From positions 551,856 to 603,751 of the forward strand of contig NW_019217900.1 of assembly GCF_002571385.2 (NCBI RefSeq): DNA of 51,896 bases, read 5' to 3'. The notes below the pieces were generated by a model. The model was given only the letters and a program-made list of their open reading frames with translations. It was not told where the DNA came from and did no database searches. Shown piece after piece: positions 24,259-36,150 of this stretch. The position numbers and the translations under genes were made by a program. Origin of the DNA: Stylophora pistillata (Eukaryota). Position 1 is the stretch's first letter. Each line of letters starts with the position of its first letter.

Positions 24259-25185
24259 ATGTCAAATAACAAGAAGAACAACAATTGCATTCAATGCGAC
24301 AAGTCTTTCAAAAACTTGCAAGGATTGAAGAGGCACATGTTAGTGCACAGCGAAGAGAAGAAATTCGAGTGCAATCTTTGTCAAAAGCGCTTCAGGCACT
24401 CTACGACTTTGAAAAGGCACCTGGTGGTTCATAGCGACGAAAAACCTTTTAAATGTCCACACTGTGACAAAGAGTTCAAACTGCAGTCAGGTTATCAAAG
24501 ACACATCGTGGTTCATACCGGTGAGAAACCATACAGTTGTACTCAGTGTGATAAACTTTTTAACCGCTTGTCGAGTTTGACAAGACATTTAAGAACGCAC
24601 AGCGGAGTGAAACTGTATCATTGTACGCAATGTGATAAACGTTTCACTCAATCGTTGAATTTGCGGGTTCACCTGCGAACTCACAGCGGTGAGAAACCTT
24701 TTGCGTGTCACCATTGTAACAGGCAGTTCACGCAGTCTTCAAGTCTACGCAGGCATTTGAAAATACACTCTGGAGTGAAGCCCTTTCAGTGTAGACGCTG
24801 TAACAGGTGCTTTAAGAATTCGCGAAATTTAGAATTGCATGAAATGAAGCATCGCGGAGGCAGAATTTACAAGTGCGATCAGTGCGACAAGACTTTCAAG
24901 ACAGGATCCACGATGCGAAGACATCGGCGAATACATTCAGGAGAGAGACCTTTTCAGTGTAATTACTGTAACAAGTGTTTTAACCGCGGGTCAAATTTAC
25001 AGACGCACCTCAGAGTTCACACCGGAGAGAAGCCTTATAAATGTGACCATTGTGATAAATTTTTTAATCAATTATCAAACTTGCGAACGCATCAGCGGAA
25101 AGCAGCAGAGAAATCCAGTTCAAGGGTTGTTATTGATGCAATTATTTGCGCTTCAGATGAAATTATCCATCATACTCAAGGATAA
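24259..25185 (+). CDS. Tandem C2H2 (Kruppel-type) zinc-finger protein: 9 complete fingers plus 1 degenerate, 308 aa from the first ATG
   Basis: CxxC-x12-HxxxH repeats with TGEKP/SGEKP-type linkers; the tenth finger lacks its second His. A splice acceptor ttttcttcag ends at 24245 and the frame is open across it, so an upstream exon (coding or UTR) is likely. Confidence 0.92.
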   Translation: MSNNKKNNNCIQCDKSFKNLQGLKRHMLVHSEEKKFECNLCQKRFRHSTTLKRHLVVHSDEKPFKCPHCDKEFKLQSGYQRHIVVHTGEKPYSCTQCDKLFNRLSSLTRHLRTHSGVKLYHCTQCDKRFTQSLNLRVHLRTHSGEKPFACHHCNRQFTQSSSLRRHLKIHSGVKPFQCRRCNRCFKNSRNLELHEMKHRGGRIYKCDQCDKTFKTGSTMRRHRRIHSGERPFQCNYCNKCFNRGSNLQTHLRVHTGEKPYKCDHCDKFFNQLSNLRTHQRKAAEKSSSRVVIDAIICASDEIIHHTQG

Positions 25186-25457
25186 ACATTGTCTCCTGAA
25201 GAAAAAGGAGCAATTGTTTGAACTGTAGGCCCCATGCAAGCTAGAGAAACTGTTGTTTTCAAATATTTAAGTTATTTTATCATGACGCATAACCCAGAGA
25301 AAATGTTTTGCGTTGACCAAAAGCGATTTTGAATGGTTGGTTAGAAGAAGAGCGTATTTCACACGAGTGTCTTAAAAATCACAACGGCAGTTATCACAAC
25401 TGCTTTTTGAGATCAAAAGGAATACTCCACAGGGAGCCGATTGGAATTCAAATTGAG

Positions 25458-27745
25458 AGATAAGATAAGATAAGATAATGACTTTATTGGATAACACAAT
25501 TACTGGTAGAACCAGTAGTTCTCACTGTGGTCCATGCAAACAACTGAAACAAATAATTCAAATTAAACAGGACATAAATGGCGAAAATACGAAGAAAAAT
25601 ACAATTAAAAATTAATTCAAAATTTCTGCTTATGGTAAAATTATTCACTCTAGAGTTCCGATCTATATATTTCTTGTATAGTTGATTTATAAATTTACAA
25701 AGGGAAGTGTAACCCCTTGTAGTACTGTCTTGGTTGTTCCATAATCTAGTGCCACTTGCAAGAAATGAACGCTTGCCGGTCATTGTGCTATGAAAAGGTG
25801 TGGATAAGTCCAAATTAGTTGACGCCCGAGTTGTGTAATTATGTCTATTTTTAGCATAACGAATATAATGATTAAAATGATCAGGACATTTCCCATGGTT
25901 AATGTTATGCATAATACACAATTTCCCATGCTCTATTATGTCACTAATGGGGATCCAACCTAATCTCTTAAAAAGGCCAACAGTTCTTTTAGTACCTGCA
26001 TTTAAAATTACTCTGGCACAACGTTTTCGAATTCCAAGGAGCCTTTGTTAATTATCGATCTTAGTGTTTCCCCACACTGAACAACAATGCTCAAAGATTG
26101 GTTTAATTAAAGCGTTGTATAGCAAAATCCTAAGTGATAGATTCAGGTACTTTCTGGCTCTTTTAAGAAGATTTACCCTATAATTTAATTTAGTGATCAA
26201 CCAATTAAGATGCTTGTCTAACTTCACACCAAGCAGCTTTTCGTTTACGGCCTCTTCGATTTCAGTTCCTCGCAACGAAAGGTTAAGCAATGGGTTTGTG
26301 CAGTGGGAAAGTTTTTGCTTGGTTCCAACTAGTAGCTGTTTTGTTTTCTTTGCGTTTGGGATCATCTCGTTTTGCGAGAACCAGTGATTCGCTTTGTCGA
26401 GACTTCCCTGAAGTCCGTGTTGGATATGTAAGGGATTAGAGTTAGCTATCCATAGTGTAGTGTCATCGGCGTAAATATTCACGTTGCAATCATGTATTGC
26501 AAGTGGAAGGATTGGCCCCAAAATAGAACCTTGTGGAACGCCTCTGGTAATTGGTAGTGCGTCAGACAGTGATACAACATCGCTGTGTTCGATCGTGTAG
26601 GTGAGACTCAAACCACCTCAGTGATGTAGTATCAGTTTCTAACCATTTTCACTGCATTACCGCAGTAGAGTAGGACTAGAACGGAACATATGCGAACCAT
26701 GCGAGTAGTCCACCCAATAAATCCCACCCATCCCACCCCAGGGGAGGACATCCATGGGGGAAACTAACGTCTCCTACCCCTAACCCTATAGGAGACGGGA
26801 CCTCCATTTATTCGTCCCTATTCGAGAAGACTAGACTATCTAACCATTACTTGATGTTATAGAAGGGTATAACATATTCTTCTCAATTATTTTAAGACCT
26901 TGAGTGTTGGTCCGGCCGGGGCTTGAACCCTCGACCTCCCGCACAACAGTCCAGCGCTCTATCCATTGAGCTAACCAGGAGGCGGTTAACCAACCGACAA
27001 AATCAGTGTGGTACATACTGATTTTTGATAAAAGTAAGCTGTTATCTACCATATCAAAAGCTTTACTAAGGTCCAGCAGTACAGCGCCAACAAGTTCTTT
27101 CGAGTCCATAGCTTTAAGCCAGTTGTCAGTAAGACTCAATAGCGCTGTTTCAGAAGAATGATACGGGCGATAAGCTGACTGTTTACTGTGTAAGAGCGTG
27201 TTCGATGTTAAGTAATCAAGGTACGATCGCGCAACATGCCTCTCCAGGGGGTTATAGATATTACGGGCAATATGGAAATGGGACGATAGTTGTTTCTGTC
27301 ATGGATTGATTTGTTCTTTTGGACAGGAGTCAGCTTCGCTCTCATAAAGTTGTCCGGGAAAGTACCTCTTGAAATACTCGCATTGTAGATATGGGTAAGC
27401 GACAAAGCGACAGCATTCAAAGCTTGCTTTAAGGGTTTAATTCCGATTCCATCGAGTCCTGTGGCTTTATTATTGGGAATGCTCTTAAGATCTTCGACCA
27501 CCTGTCTCACATTAATATTGACGGGATGTGGAATACGGTTGAGTTATTGATGCGACTTTCCACGAAATCAGTGAGTCGATGATTTTGTTCGTTCGTAACC
27601 ACTACTGGGATAACCTTATTTGCGTTTTGTTGGATATTAGTAAAATGTTTATTGAAGGTGTTGGCCATTTCCGTAGGTTCACAAACACTTTTACCTTCTG
27701 TCTCAATGAATGAAAGATTGGAATGTGCAGATTTAGTTGGAGCAA
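25458..27745 (-). mobile_element. Decayed LINE (CR1/L2/Crack-like ORF2 reverse transcriptase), 5'-truncated, with aataaa-(ATCTT)n tail
   Basis: Frameshifted pieces KATGLDGI, NNYRPISILPV, VGAVLLDLSKAFDMVD, GVPQGSILGP, IYADDTTL, KLLGVKLDKHLNW; tail at about 25458-25490. Confidence 0.92.
26637..27001 (-). mobile_element. tRNA-derived SINE (Nin-domain-like core) inserted in the LINE, with 6-bp TSD
   Basis: Head TAGCTCAATGG (A box)...GGTTCAAGCCC (B box), then ggaccaacactcaaggtcttaaaataa. ATCAGT duplicated at 26631-26636 and 27002-27007; the LINE frame resumes across the junction. Confidence 0.85.
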
Positions 27746-27754
27746 ATAATACTT

Positions 27755-27947
27755 CCACGTGATGAAGTCGGAGTGGGTTCCAGTGTTCTCTCTTTAGTAC
27801 TACCACCACGTGATCAGTCGAAAATGGTTTCCAGTCTTCAAATGAAGTTCAGTGACCACGCTCCACGTGATCGGGATGAGATCGGTTCCAGTCAGTTTCT
27901 TCTCCCCAAGGCGTCCATCAAGTGGTGGGTCTGAAGTGGGTTCCGAT
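27755..27947. repeat. Four 30-bp units with conserved ends (CCACGTGAT...TTCCAGT) separated by dissimilar 21-27-bp spacers
   Basis: Units at 27755-27784, 27806-27835, 27863-27892 and a degenerate one at 27918-27947. Confidence 0.7.
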
Positions 27948-28769
27948 TCTCCAGAGAGCATCCTCGGTCATTCGCCACAGACATCGGCGCATCTTCGCTT
28001 GACCAGTTTTGAAGAATTGGTCATTATTCACTCACGGCTTAGCAAAGAAAGCCCCAATTCCTATTAGATCAGACTGACGCTGGCTTGATTGACATTTGTA
28101 AGGTAAAACAATGCATGAAGGGAGAGAAGTGGGTGGGTATAGTTCTTTCATGTAGGGGACGTTATTGAGGGAAAGGGGTGGGGCCCCCCTTTTCTTAACC
28201 TGTGAAAAACTAAGGCAACTCTTGATCTCTAAATGTATATTGCTTCTCTTCCTACGACATATTGCATGGGGGCCTGGTGCTTAATCATTAAAGAGCGACT
28301 AGAGTGTATTCTAAATGAGTGCTAGGGAAAGCAAAAAACAAAACAAGAGGTAATCATAACTGCCAATCAGAACGGAATAAAATATCACAAGGAGTAAACG
28401 AAAACTGCTTAAAGCGCGGGCGACCAAGCTGCAATAGTGATCCGAGATTGCATGGGTTTTCTTTACTTCTCATGATTGGTCCAAAATACCCTTGTCACTC
28501 CCTTAATCAATAATAATAATAGTAATAATAATCCTTTATTCACCATAATCACAAAAAATTATAACAAAAATTATGATAAAATGCTTGAAAATCGGAAAAA
28601 AATATGTTAAAATGTCTAATGAAAATGTAAAAAAACTAGGATACACACTATGATAACGATAATTCACTCTAATCATCAAAAATATTTAATAATAATAATA
28701 ATTTTTTTTAGTAATAATAACTTTATTTCAAAACTTAAAACACTACAAAAACTTCGCGTGGGTAATGGT

Positions 28770-28813
28770 TTTTCCTCGTATATTTCCAAATTAATTGATA
28801 CGGAACACATCTG

Positions 28814-28849
<36 letters not shown>

Positions 28850-29203
28850 TTACTTACCAATTTATATAGCGCATATTTACATGTGCTGATCAGTGTGCTT
28901 TACATGTTGTTGTTAAGGTTGAGATCGGACGTCAGCATTTTATCAGGCGCCTCTGGCAGCCGCTTCAGTCCATGTAGCGATCTCACCTTAAATAAATAAA
29001 TAAATAAATAAATAATGATTTAACAATGGTTTAACAAAGAAATAAATAAATAAATAATGATTTAACAATGATTTAACAACATGTAAAGCACACTGATCAG
29101 CACATGTAAATATGCGCTATATAAATTGGTAATTATTATTATTATTATTACTATCATTACAGATGTGTTCCGTATCAATTAATTTGGAAATATACGAGGA
29201 AAA
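28770..29203. repeat. Near-perfect ~135-bp inverted duplication with (AAT)n and (AAAT)n microsatellites
   Basis: About 28770-28910 is the reverse complement of about 29074-29203, differing mainly in microsatellite length. Confidence 0.9.
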
Positions 29204-29437
29204 CAATCCCACCCATCCCACTCCAAGGGAGGTCATCCACCACACAGTAATCTCGTGCGTGGGAAATTAACGTCTCCTACCCCTAACCCTGCAGGAGACG
29301 GGACCTACGGCTTTAGGTCTTATCCGAGAAGACGAAGCAATGTGAGTGAAACGACTTGCTTAAGGACACAACGTAGTGCCCCAGCCCAGGACTTGACCCG
29401 GGGCCCTCCAACCCAGACTCCAGCGCACTGACCGCTG
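29204..29437 (-). mobile_element. tRNA-derived SINE 5' portion sharing its central module with the SINE at 26637-27001
   Basis: Shared aatcccacccatccca...ggagg.catcca...aacgtctcctacccctaaccct..aggagacgggacct...cgagaagac; different head region. Confidence 0.7.
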
Positions 29438-30638
29438 CTCACTCGTGTTTTCCCGCGCTTTTGGCATTTTACTTTGAGTTCTCATTGGCTCTTTTTCTTT
29501 CTTTTGGTTGGTCTCGCAAGTTTTCTAAACCAATCACAGGGTGAAACAAAAGCAAAACTGGTTTCATCATTCAACTGAAAATTGCTCAAAAGTACTCGAC
29601 AACATCGCTGATTAAAAGACACTGTTATCATCTTTTATTCTTGATATGTAATTATCATATTTTCTCACACTACCCAGCTTATCTTAACTACACTGTATTT
29701 AAGTGTGATATTTCTGATGAAGTGCAATGTAAACATGAATTTTTACAATAAGAGAAAACAAAATTTAAGCTTTTAACAGAACAGAAAATGGTCAGAAAAA
29801 GAAAATTTTAAGCCACTGACGACGAAACAAAATGGTCCAGTGCTTCCAATACTTTGAAATTGAATGGACAATTCTGGCTTTAGACTTGGAAATATTTTTT
29901 TGATAATTTGAGTTTTTAATTGTATTTATGTGTAACTTTGTATCATACAATGAATTGAACACGACTTCATACTAAGCCAGTAAACTGGCAAAGTCGTTTG
30001 AAAATGAAATGATATAAGAGGAAAATACCTCTCAAGAGAACATTACATGTTTATCTTCCTAATAATTTGAATTAGAATTCTAACTTTTGTTTATATTTTA
30101 TGTATAATGTGATGTTGAGAAATTAAATTTCTTATTAAATTTTTTCCCAGCAAAGTTTCAGCTTAATAATTCTTACATTAAGTTAGTTTCATTTCCCAAG
30201 GGAAGACCTAATTTAAGGCATACTTCCAATTTTTCAAAAACTTGATTGATATCTAATCTCGTCCTAAAATAACTAATTTTCCAAGGAGAATACAAGCACC
30301 TTTTAACCACATGGCTAGAAGTCATATTTTATCATGGAACTAAAACAAATAATTTGAGTAAAAAATAGTTTATTCCCCTCTGGATTGTTTTCCTTCACCT
30401 GTAGGGATGAAATTAATTTCTTGTAATAACAAGATGTCACAACGCAATATTTTGTAACTCAATATCTCTTAATGCAATATCTCGTAACACAGTATCTCGA
30501 TATGCAATATCTCAGAATGCAGCGCTCTATTGCGTAACGACACCAAATAAACTTTGCAAAGGAGTCTACCATTACGGACGATATATTTCATGTGTTTCAT
30601 TTTTTAGCATATCGTGTGCAAACTGTCTTCACCAGAAC

Positions 30639-33039
30639 TCAATATTTTAGAAATTTGATAATGATTTCTGAAATGTGTTTGCAGAATTTCTTGTATCCTT
30701 TTCTGGTCATATGAAGATAGTCAAACATGTCTTCGTGGCTAATGAACCCATCGCTTCTGACAAAGCCTGGATCCGAGTCCAGATAAAGAGAGTTCGGTAT
30801 AGTCGCAATTAATCCTCTGAGTGAATGGTTTACTTGAAAATGTTTCTCGCGGAGAGGGTTGGGCTGTTTTCCTCTTGGAAGTAGACCCTTAAGTCAATAA
30901 AGGAAATAAAAAAACAGTTAAATTTGGAAAACCTTAGATTAGAAAAAGAAAGATGACAAGAGGAGAGATGCACCCCTTTTCTTTGGGTTGGTTATGCTGT
31001 GCAGGCACACAACACAGAATACCCAACCCATAATACCCAACCCATAATGTTATCCTTTCAAAATGTCTGATGCTCCTAAAGAAAGTTATTATAATAAATA
31101 TTTCTTGGGAAACCAACTATAACACAGATGGCATTCTACTGATCCTACTTCATGTTATTTCTTAAAATGGAAAGAAACTTCTGTATCTTACCAGTACAAT
31201 GATTTTCGCAGAAGGCAGTTTGCTTGTTATACTCCACACAACTGATTCAATTCCTTCCACAACTTGGTCTGCAGTACTGTGATGGTTATTTGTTCCAATC
31301 AATAATACAACCACCTGAAATGAAGAAAAAAAGCTATGATCAGATCAAGCAAAAATAAATTCATAAGATAATTTGGTTTTTCAATTCAGTTGACGAAGAG
31401 AATTGAACTCCGTAAAGTGTTTTCAAACCTGACACTTTAAGGCCCTTTATCAGAGCAAATCGCTGACCTAAATGGCTGGTAAAGGGGTAATACTCAAAAT
31501 TTCAGCATGAGAAACTTTTTCGAGTGGCCAATTTACATTATCAATGCAGTAAAAAAATCTTTGCTTTAAAGAATGAAAATGACATTAGTATATTGTGTGA
31601 CTTAGCAAGCAACTTCTACCTCTACCTTATTACCTTTGGATTAATCTTGTCCAGTTCCCCATTTTCTATTCTCCACAACACATGCTCAGTACAGTCTCCT
31701 CCAATTCCAAAATTCAGAGAATTAAGAGGTGCAAAGTATGTATCCCAAGCCTGTAGGATAAAAGAAAAAGAAAAAAAAATTGTGAAAGGATTTAGTAGAG
31801 CAGATCATTGGAGAAGCTACACAGAACTGGCTCCTTCCACCCAAGTGGCAGTGACAGTGACAGCAGGCTGAGCCTGGGAAAGAGAATGGAATGCCATCAC
31901 TTTTCTGCAATGTAAAGCAAAATTGAAATAAATTTTCAAGGAAACGTCTCTTCCCCAGATACCCCATCCTCGGAGACCCAGGGGCTGTGAGTCGATCTGC
32001 CCTTAACTTGAAATCGACTCACAGCCCCTGGGTCTCCGAGGATGCAGATACCCTATCAACTTGCTGTACCAACACCTACTTTTCTCTCTCAGCTCTCTTT
32101 CCCTCTCCTGACCATACCCTTGCTACAATTTTTTTGTTCTGTCCCCTAAACTACACTGATTCACCCAAAGTACTGTGGGCTAATATTGGCCAACATGAGC
32201 CATTACAGGAAAATTGTAGGGAATACATCAAAGGCTACCATCCAGAATCATTCATAAATTTTAATGAAGCTTATAAGTAACTCTGGTGTTGACTGAGGTA
32301 TAATTTAGTTTAAAACGAGCCAATGGTAAAGATATATTTCAGATCAATATTATTGCCAGATCAATATTATTGCCAATGGTTTTACCTCAGTTTCCTTCAT
32401 ATTACGAATCAGTGAGTCCCCAATGAATAAAACATCACATGGGGAAACATTCCCATCATGTAAAAATCTCTCATGCTAGCAAAAGAAACAAATGAATTAA
32501 TTACTTGAATAAGAGTTCTGCTTTAAGTGCAATTAAAATTAAATCATTATGACATAAATGACTGAGAATTTCACAGAGAAAGCTCTTCACAGCTGAAATA
32601 AAATAGGTTAACTCGGTTACACTTCAACCAATTCGGTTTGAAACATAACCCATTGAAAGAGTAGTTTGGAATTAAGGCAGAAGGAACTGTTTACACAACA
32701 AAATCAGAACCTTGCTCTGTAAAAACCTAAATGTAATTCAACTTCTAATAATAGATTCCAAAAATATTCTTAAAACAAATCATGAACTTTTGTTAGCTTC
32801 AAAATGGTAATTTTATCTTCATTGCCATAAAAGGGTGCAACCATGTTTCGCTCTTCTCATTTTCTACCCCCTTTCCCAACAATCCTCCTGGGGAGGATGA
32901 AGAGAGAGCCTGGAAACCAAAAGCATTAAAGTTTCTAGAAACTAGTCTCCAGTTTCCTGTTTTTTCTCACCATGTTCATCCATCTGTTATCACCTTGGAC
33001 ATCCTTCACAGGTGTTGGTACAGTAGCAGGATTTGACAT
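30639..33039 (-). CDS. PAFAH1B2: Platelet-activating factor acetylhydrolase IB catalytic subunit (SGNH hydrolase; likely co-orthologue of vertebrate PAFAH1B2 and PAFAH1B3), 5 coding exons, 215 aa
   Basis: Exons 32971-33039, 32386-32475, 31634-31750, 31192-31314, 30639-30887; all phase 0, 648 nt. Motifs NPATVPTPVKDVQGDNRWMNMH, VLFIGDSL (catalytic Ser), LNFGIGGD, HVLWRIENGEL, IGTNNH, GLLPRG, DMFDYLH (Asp/His). Probable 5'UTR exon ending at 34952. Confidence 0.95.
31965..32044. mobile_element. 80-bp palindromic mini-element with 9-bp TSD
   Basis: cagataccc|catcctcggagacccaggggctgtgagtcgat-N16-atcgactcacagcccctgggtctccgaggatg|cagataccc; 32-bp perfect arms. Confidence 0.88.
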
Positions 33040-34951
33040 CTTGCATGTAATTTGTCAAACGTCTTAAACTGCAACTCGTAGAACAAAAAAGTTAGTCACA
33101 TCAACAAGTTTAAAAAAAGTTTGGTTGAATCTGCACTTAAGCTAAGTTGGCCCACCAAGGCAAATCTTATCCCAATTTCTGTGGCCTAGAGCAACTAGGG
33201 CTGCTCCTATACTCCCTGCACAGAATGCCAATCCATTACTGGTTACACAGGCAGCCAGTTTCCCTGAAAGTGCAGTGATACCCATTTGTAGCCCTGGGTG
33301 GAGAGACACTGTCATATCAAAAGTATCTTTCTTTAGGATCAAACAACATCCTGACCAGGTCAACCTCTTGATCGTGGGTCCAGTGCAAAAAAAATTGGAG
33401 GTGATCAGGACTCTTACAGTCAACAATTTATCATTATCATAACTATCAGGGTAGTGATAGGGGTCTGTGGGACCCCTCCCTACTCATCTAAATCTGCCTA
33501 TGGTTCATGTGCACATATATTTAATACTGTTTTGTCATAACATGAAAACTTTTACAATTTTAAGAAGGACTGGGTCAAGGTATTTAATTTTTGCTATTAT
33601 AGGGTTCAAAAAATTTCTCTTGCTTGTTTTTTATTGACTGAATCTTGGTTGGGTCTGTGGTACAACTAGTAAGTGGAATTTTGTTATCAAATAGAAAAAA
33701 ATTCCCTATTATAGCACAAACCCTCGTCATTGACATATCATGATTAAAAGTAAACTACACAGGAAGATGTTGACCATCAGTTTTTTGAGAAAATCCTTCA
33801 GGACTGTAAAGATTGCAAGAAAAAAATGTGTGTGCTAAAGAAATTCTGTCTGGGTTTAACCTTTGTTTTAATTTTTAATTTTTGCATTGTTCTATGACAA
33901 CGTTGTGAAGACTAGACCTGTGCGTGATCCAATATCAAATCTCTTGTAGACAGCTATGTTGATAACTTTATGAGTATGACTGACAGCTAAGCAGGTGACT
34001 TCCAAAATGCATAACAATTAGAGTTTTTCACATCACAAATGCCATATTTCTTTGATCAAATTTTCACCGCAAGTGAAGCTTTTGTGTAGAAATTCACCTT
34101 AATTCTTTTGAGGTTACTTTTATGCTTGCTCCCTATAATAAAAGGATAGTCACTGTAATTCTTTCCCGAAAATTGGCTTCTTCACATTTAGCGGTAGTTG
34201 CAAGTATTCACATCGAATCCGCTATTGATTTGCACTCAGATAAATTTAGTCGAAAGTAGGAAATAATTCTTTGAGAAGGAGGTCTACTCTGCTAACTTAG
34301 AGACCTCCATATTCCAGTACAAAAAAGATAAACAAAAAGCATTAATAATTCAAGATTAACATCCAGGTAACTTTCATAACACAACGTTGTGAAGGCGCTA
34401 CTAGTATCTTGCTAAAAATAGATGTTCATATTGATCTCTTGTTTTCGTCACATCCCGACAATAAAAGAAAAATCTTCTCTCAAGTCTAACTTTTCAGCTT
34501 CATTTGCACTCTGCGGTTTATAAACAAAATATGAATATTTCGAAAAAATTCCAAATATCTATTATCGTGTAGATCTATTACTACTGCATGACCCCCGAAA
34601 GCAATAATTTCTTTCAATTCATTTAACTCCGAGTCGGTAATCTCGTAATTTCTTTCCGAGATTGTTTTCCTATATAAACTGGCCTTCTAGTTTGGAGACT
34701 GAAACTATTGGATTGGAAACGGAAATTCAGTGAAAAAGCTACATTTTAAACAATGTCCTCATGTTCGGCGACAAAGCAAGCTTCTGCTCTGGCAATTCCC
34801 AGACGTTAAATTAATGGTCTGTGACGATCTTGGCTAATACTTTGAATTGCAAACTCTCGTGCAACCTGAGTTTTTAAATGTATTCAAAGCAGAAGAGCAG
34901 AGAAAGCTATCTTACTTGACAACTCATCACAGTCTTTAACGTAGCACTTAC

Positions 34952-35250
34952 CGCTTAGCAAGTCATCAATTTCTGAGTGTCGTCTCCTAACGCCACCGCA
35001 TTCGATTCCTCAGGGAACGAAAATGTGGACAACATGCATATTTATATCATGGTAACCATTACAACCGACACCCCCTGGCTGAAATGCGGTTTACAAAAAA
35101 CATCCTAAAAGCTTTAGGAAGCGAAATTAATGAATTTGGACGAATGACTGCTCAAAACAATACAACAGCTGTAGACAAGATCACGTGATATGTTAGCGTA
35201 TTCGAAACTTCCGGTAATTTCCATTTCCCGTTGGAACCGGAAATTGCAAG
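34952..35250 (-). promoter_or_regulatory. Probable PAFAH1B2 promoter and non-coding first exon
   Basis: Donor gcg|GTAAGT at 34951; acceptor ttgcag at 33069, upstream of the ATG; ETS-type motifs acttccggt (35208) and accggaaat (35236); E-box cacgtg near 35182. Confidence 0.5.
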
Positions 35251-35835
35251 GGAGGAGCTAGCCGAGGCCATTGAGTAACTTATTCTAGGTAAAAGAATTG
35301 ACTTAGGTAGCATCAAAAAGTTTGATGATAAGCTACCTTGACAAAATTCCTGAGGTAGACTATGAATAATCCATCCTTTTCGGTGATGTCCATCATGCAA
35401 GTCAAAAAGGATTCAGTGAAAAATAAAGTTGATGTCAGGGCTGCAAGATCAGGAGTGCATCAGTGTCACTCTAAGGGTTTCCCACAGTGCGCTCACATCA
35501 ATTTTTTTTCACAAATTTTTATTGACTTGCACAATGGACTTCACTGAAAAAGAGGGTCAGCTTGTAATCTATTTCTGAGGAAACTTGCATGATAATTTTA
35601 CAAGCTGAAGTTTTCTTTACAGACATAAAACAGGCATGCTTTGCTTACCAAAGAGCTCACAAAAGGAGAAAGCTGGAAGGCCAAAATGATAAAAATAGAT
35701 TGTAATCTACAACTAGCCAGAGTGTTCAATCAAAAAATGAAACAGCCAAAAGGGCATAGTATAATTCAAAGTTGAAAATACTGTTAGGGATTCCTAACAG
35801 TTGCACAAGGAAAAATACATTAATATCCAAAAAAT

Positions 35836-36150
35836 ATATCTTATTAACCAAGCGCGAGGGCTGTACTGGGAGAATATTGGCCTGAGGTCTTGATAGTACA
35901 GACCAAGCACAGTGAGGTCTGTACAAAAAAGACCGAGGGCCAATATTCTTCCAGTACGGTCCCGAGCAAGCTTGGTTAATAAGAGATTTATTATACGACT
36001 GAAGTTCAAAGGGACACAAGTGCGGTATCATTCGGGACCATTTGGGACAGCGCCCGGTCCAATACTGAGAGAATATTGACTGGCAACAGAGCATTTTGAT
36101 TGGTCGATTTTAGTTATTGGCCCTCTGACTGCCCGAGTTGTGTAATAATA
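35836..36150. mobile_element. Internally palindromic interspersed repeat/MITE, copy 1
   Basis: atatatcttattaaccaagcgcgagggctgtactgggagaatatt...cagtacggtcccgagcaagcttggttaat; nearly identical to 45316-45631. Confidence 0.85.

Noticed and set aside
26915-26987. tRNA gene
   Set aside because: A and B boxes are present but I see no full cloverleaf or acceptor stem; it continues into a SINE body and is flanked by a TSD.
27755-27947. Repeat-spacer pattern read as a CRISPR array
   Set aside because: Eukaryotic context, units differ in their middles, spacers are short and no cas genes are present; kept only as a motif array.
34470-34700. About 60-codon stop-free minus-strand stretch (YRKTISERNYEITDSELNELKEIIAF...)
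   Set aside because: No suitable start or splice sites and no recognisable motif; lies in the presumed PAFAH1B2 5'UTR intron.
35726-36094. 122-aa and 71-aa minus-strand ORFs
   Set aside because: Fall almost entirely within a repeated MITE; no transposase motifs.
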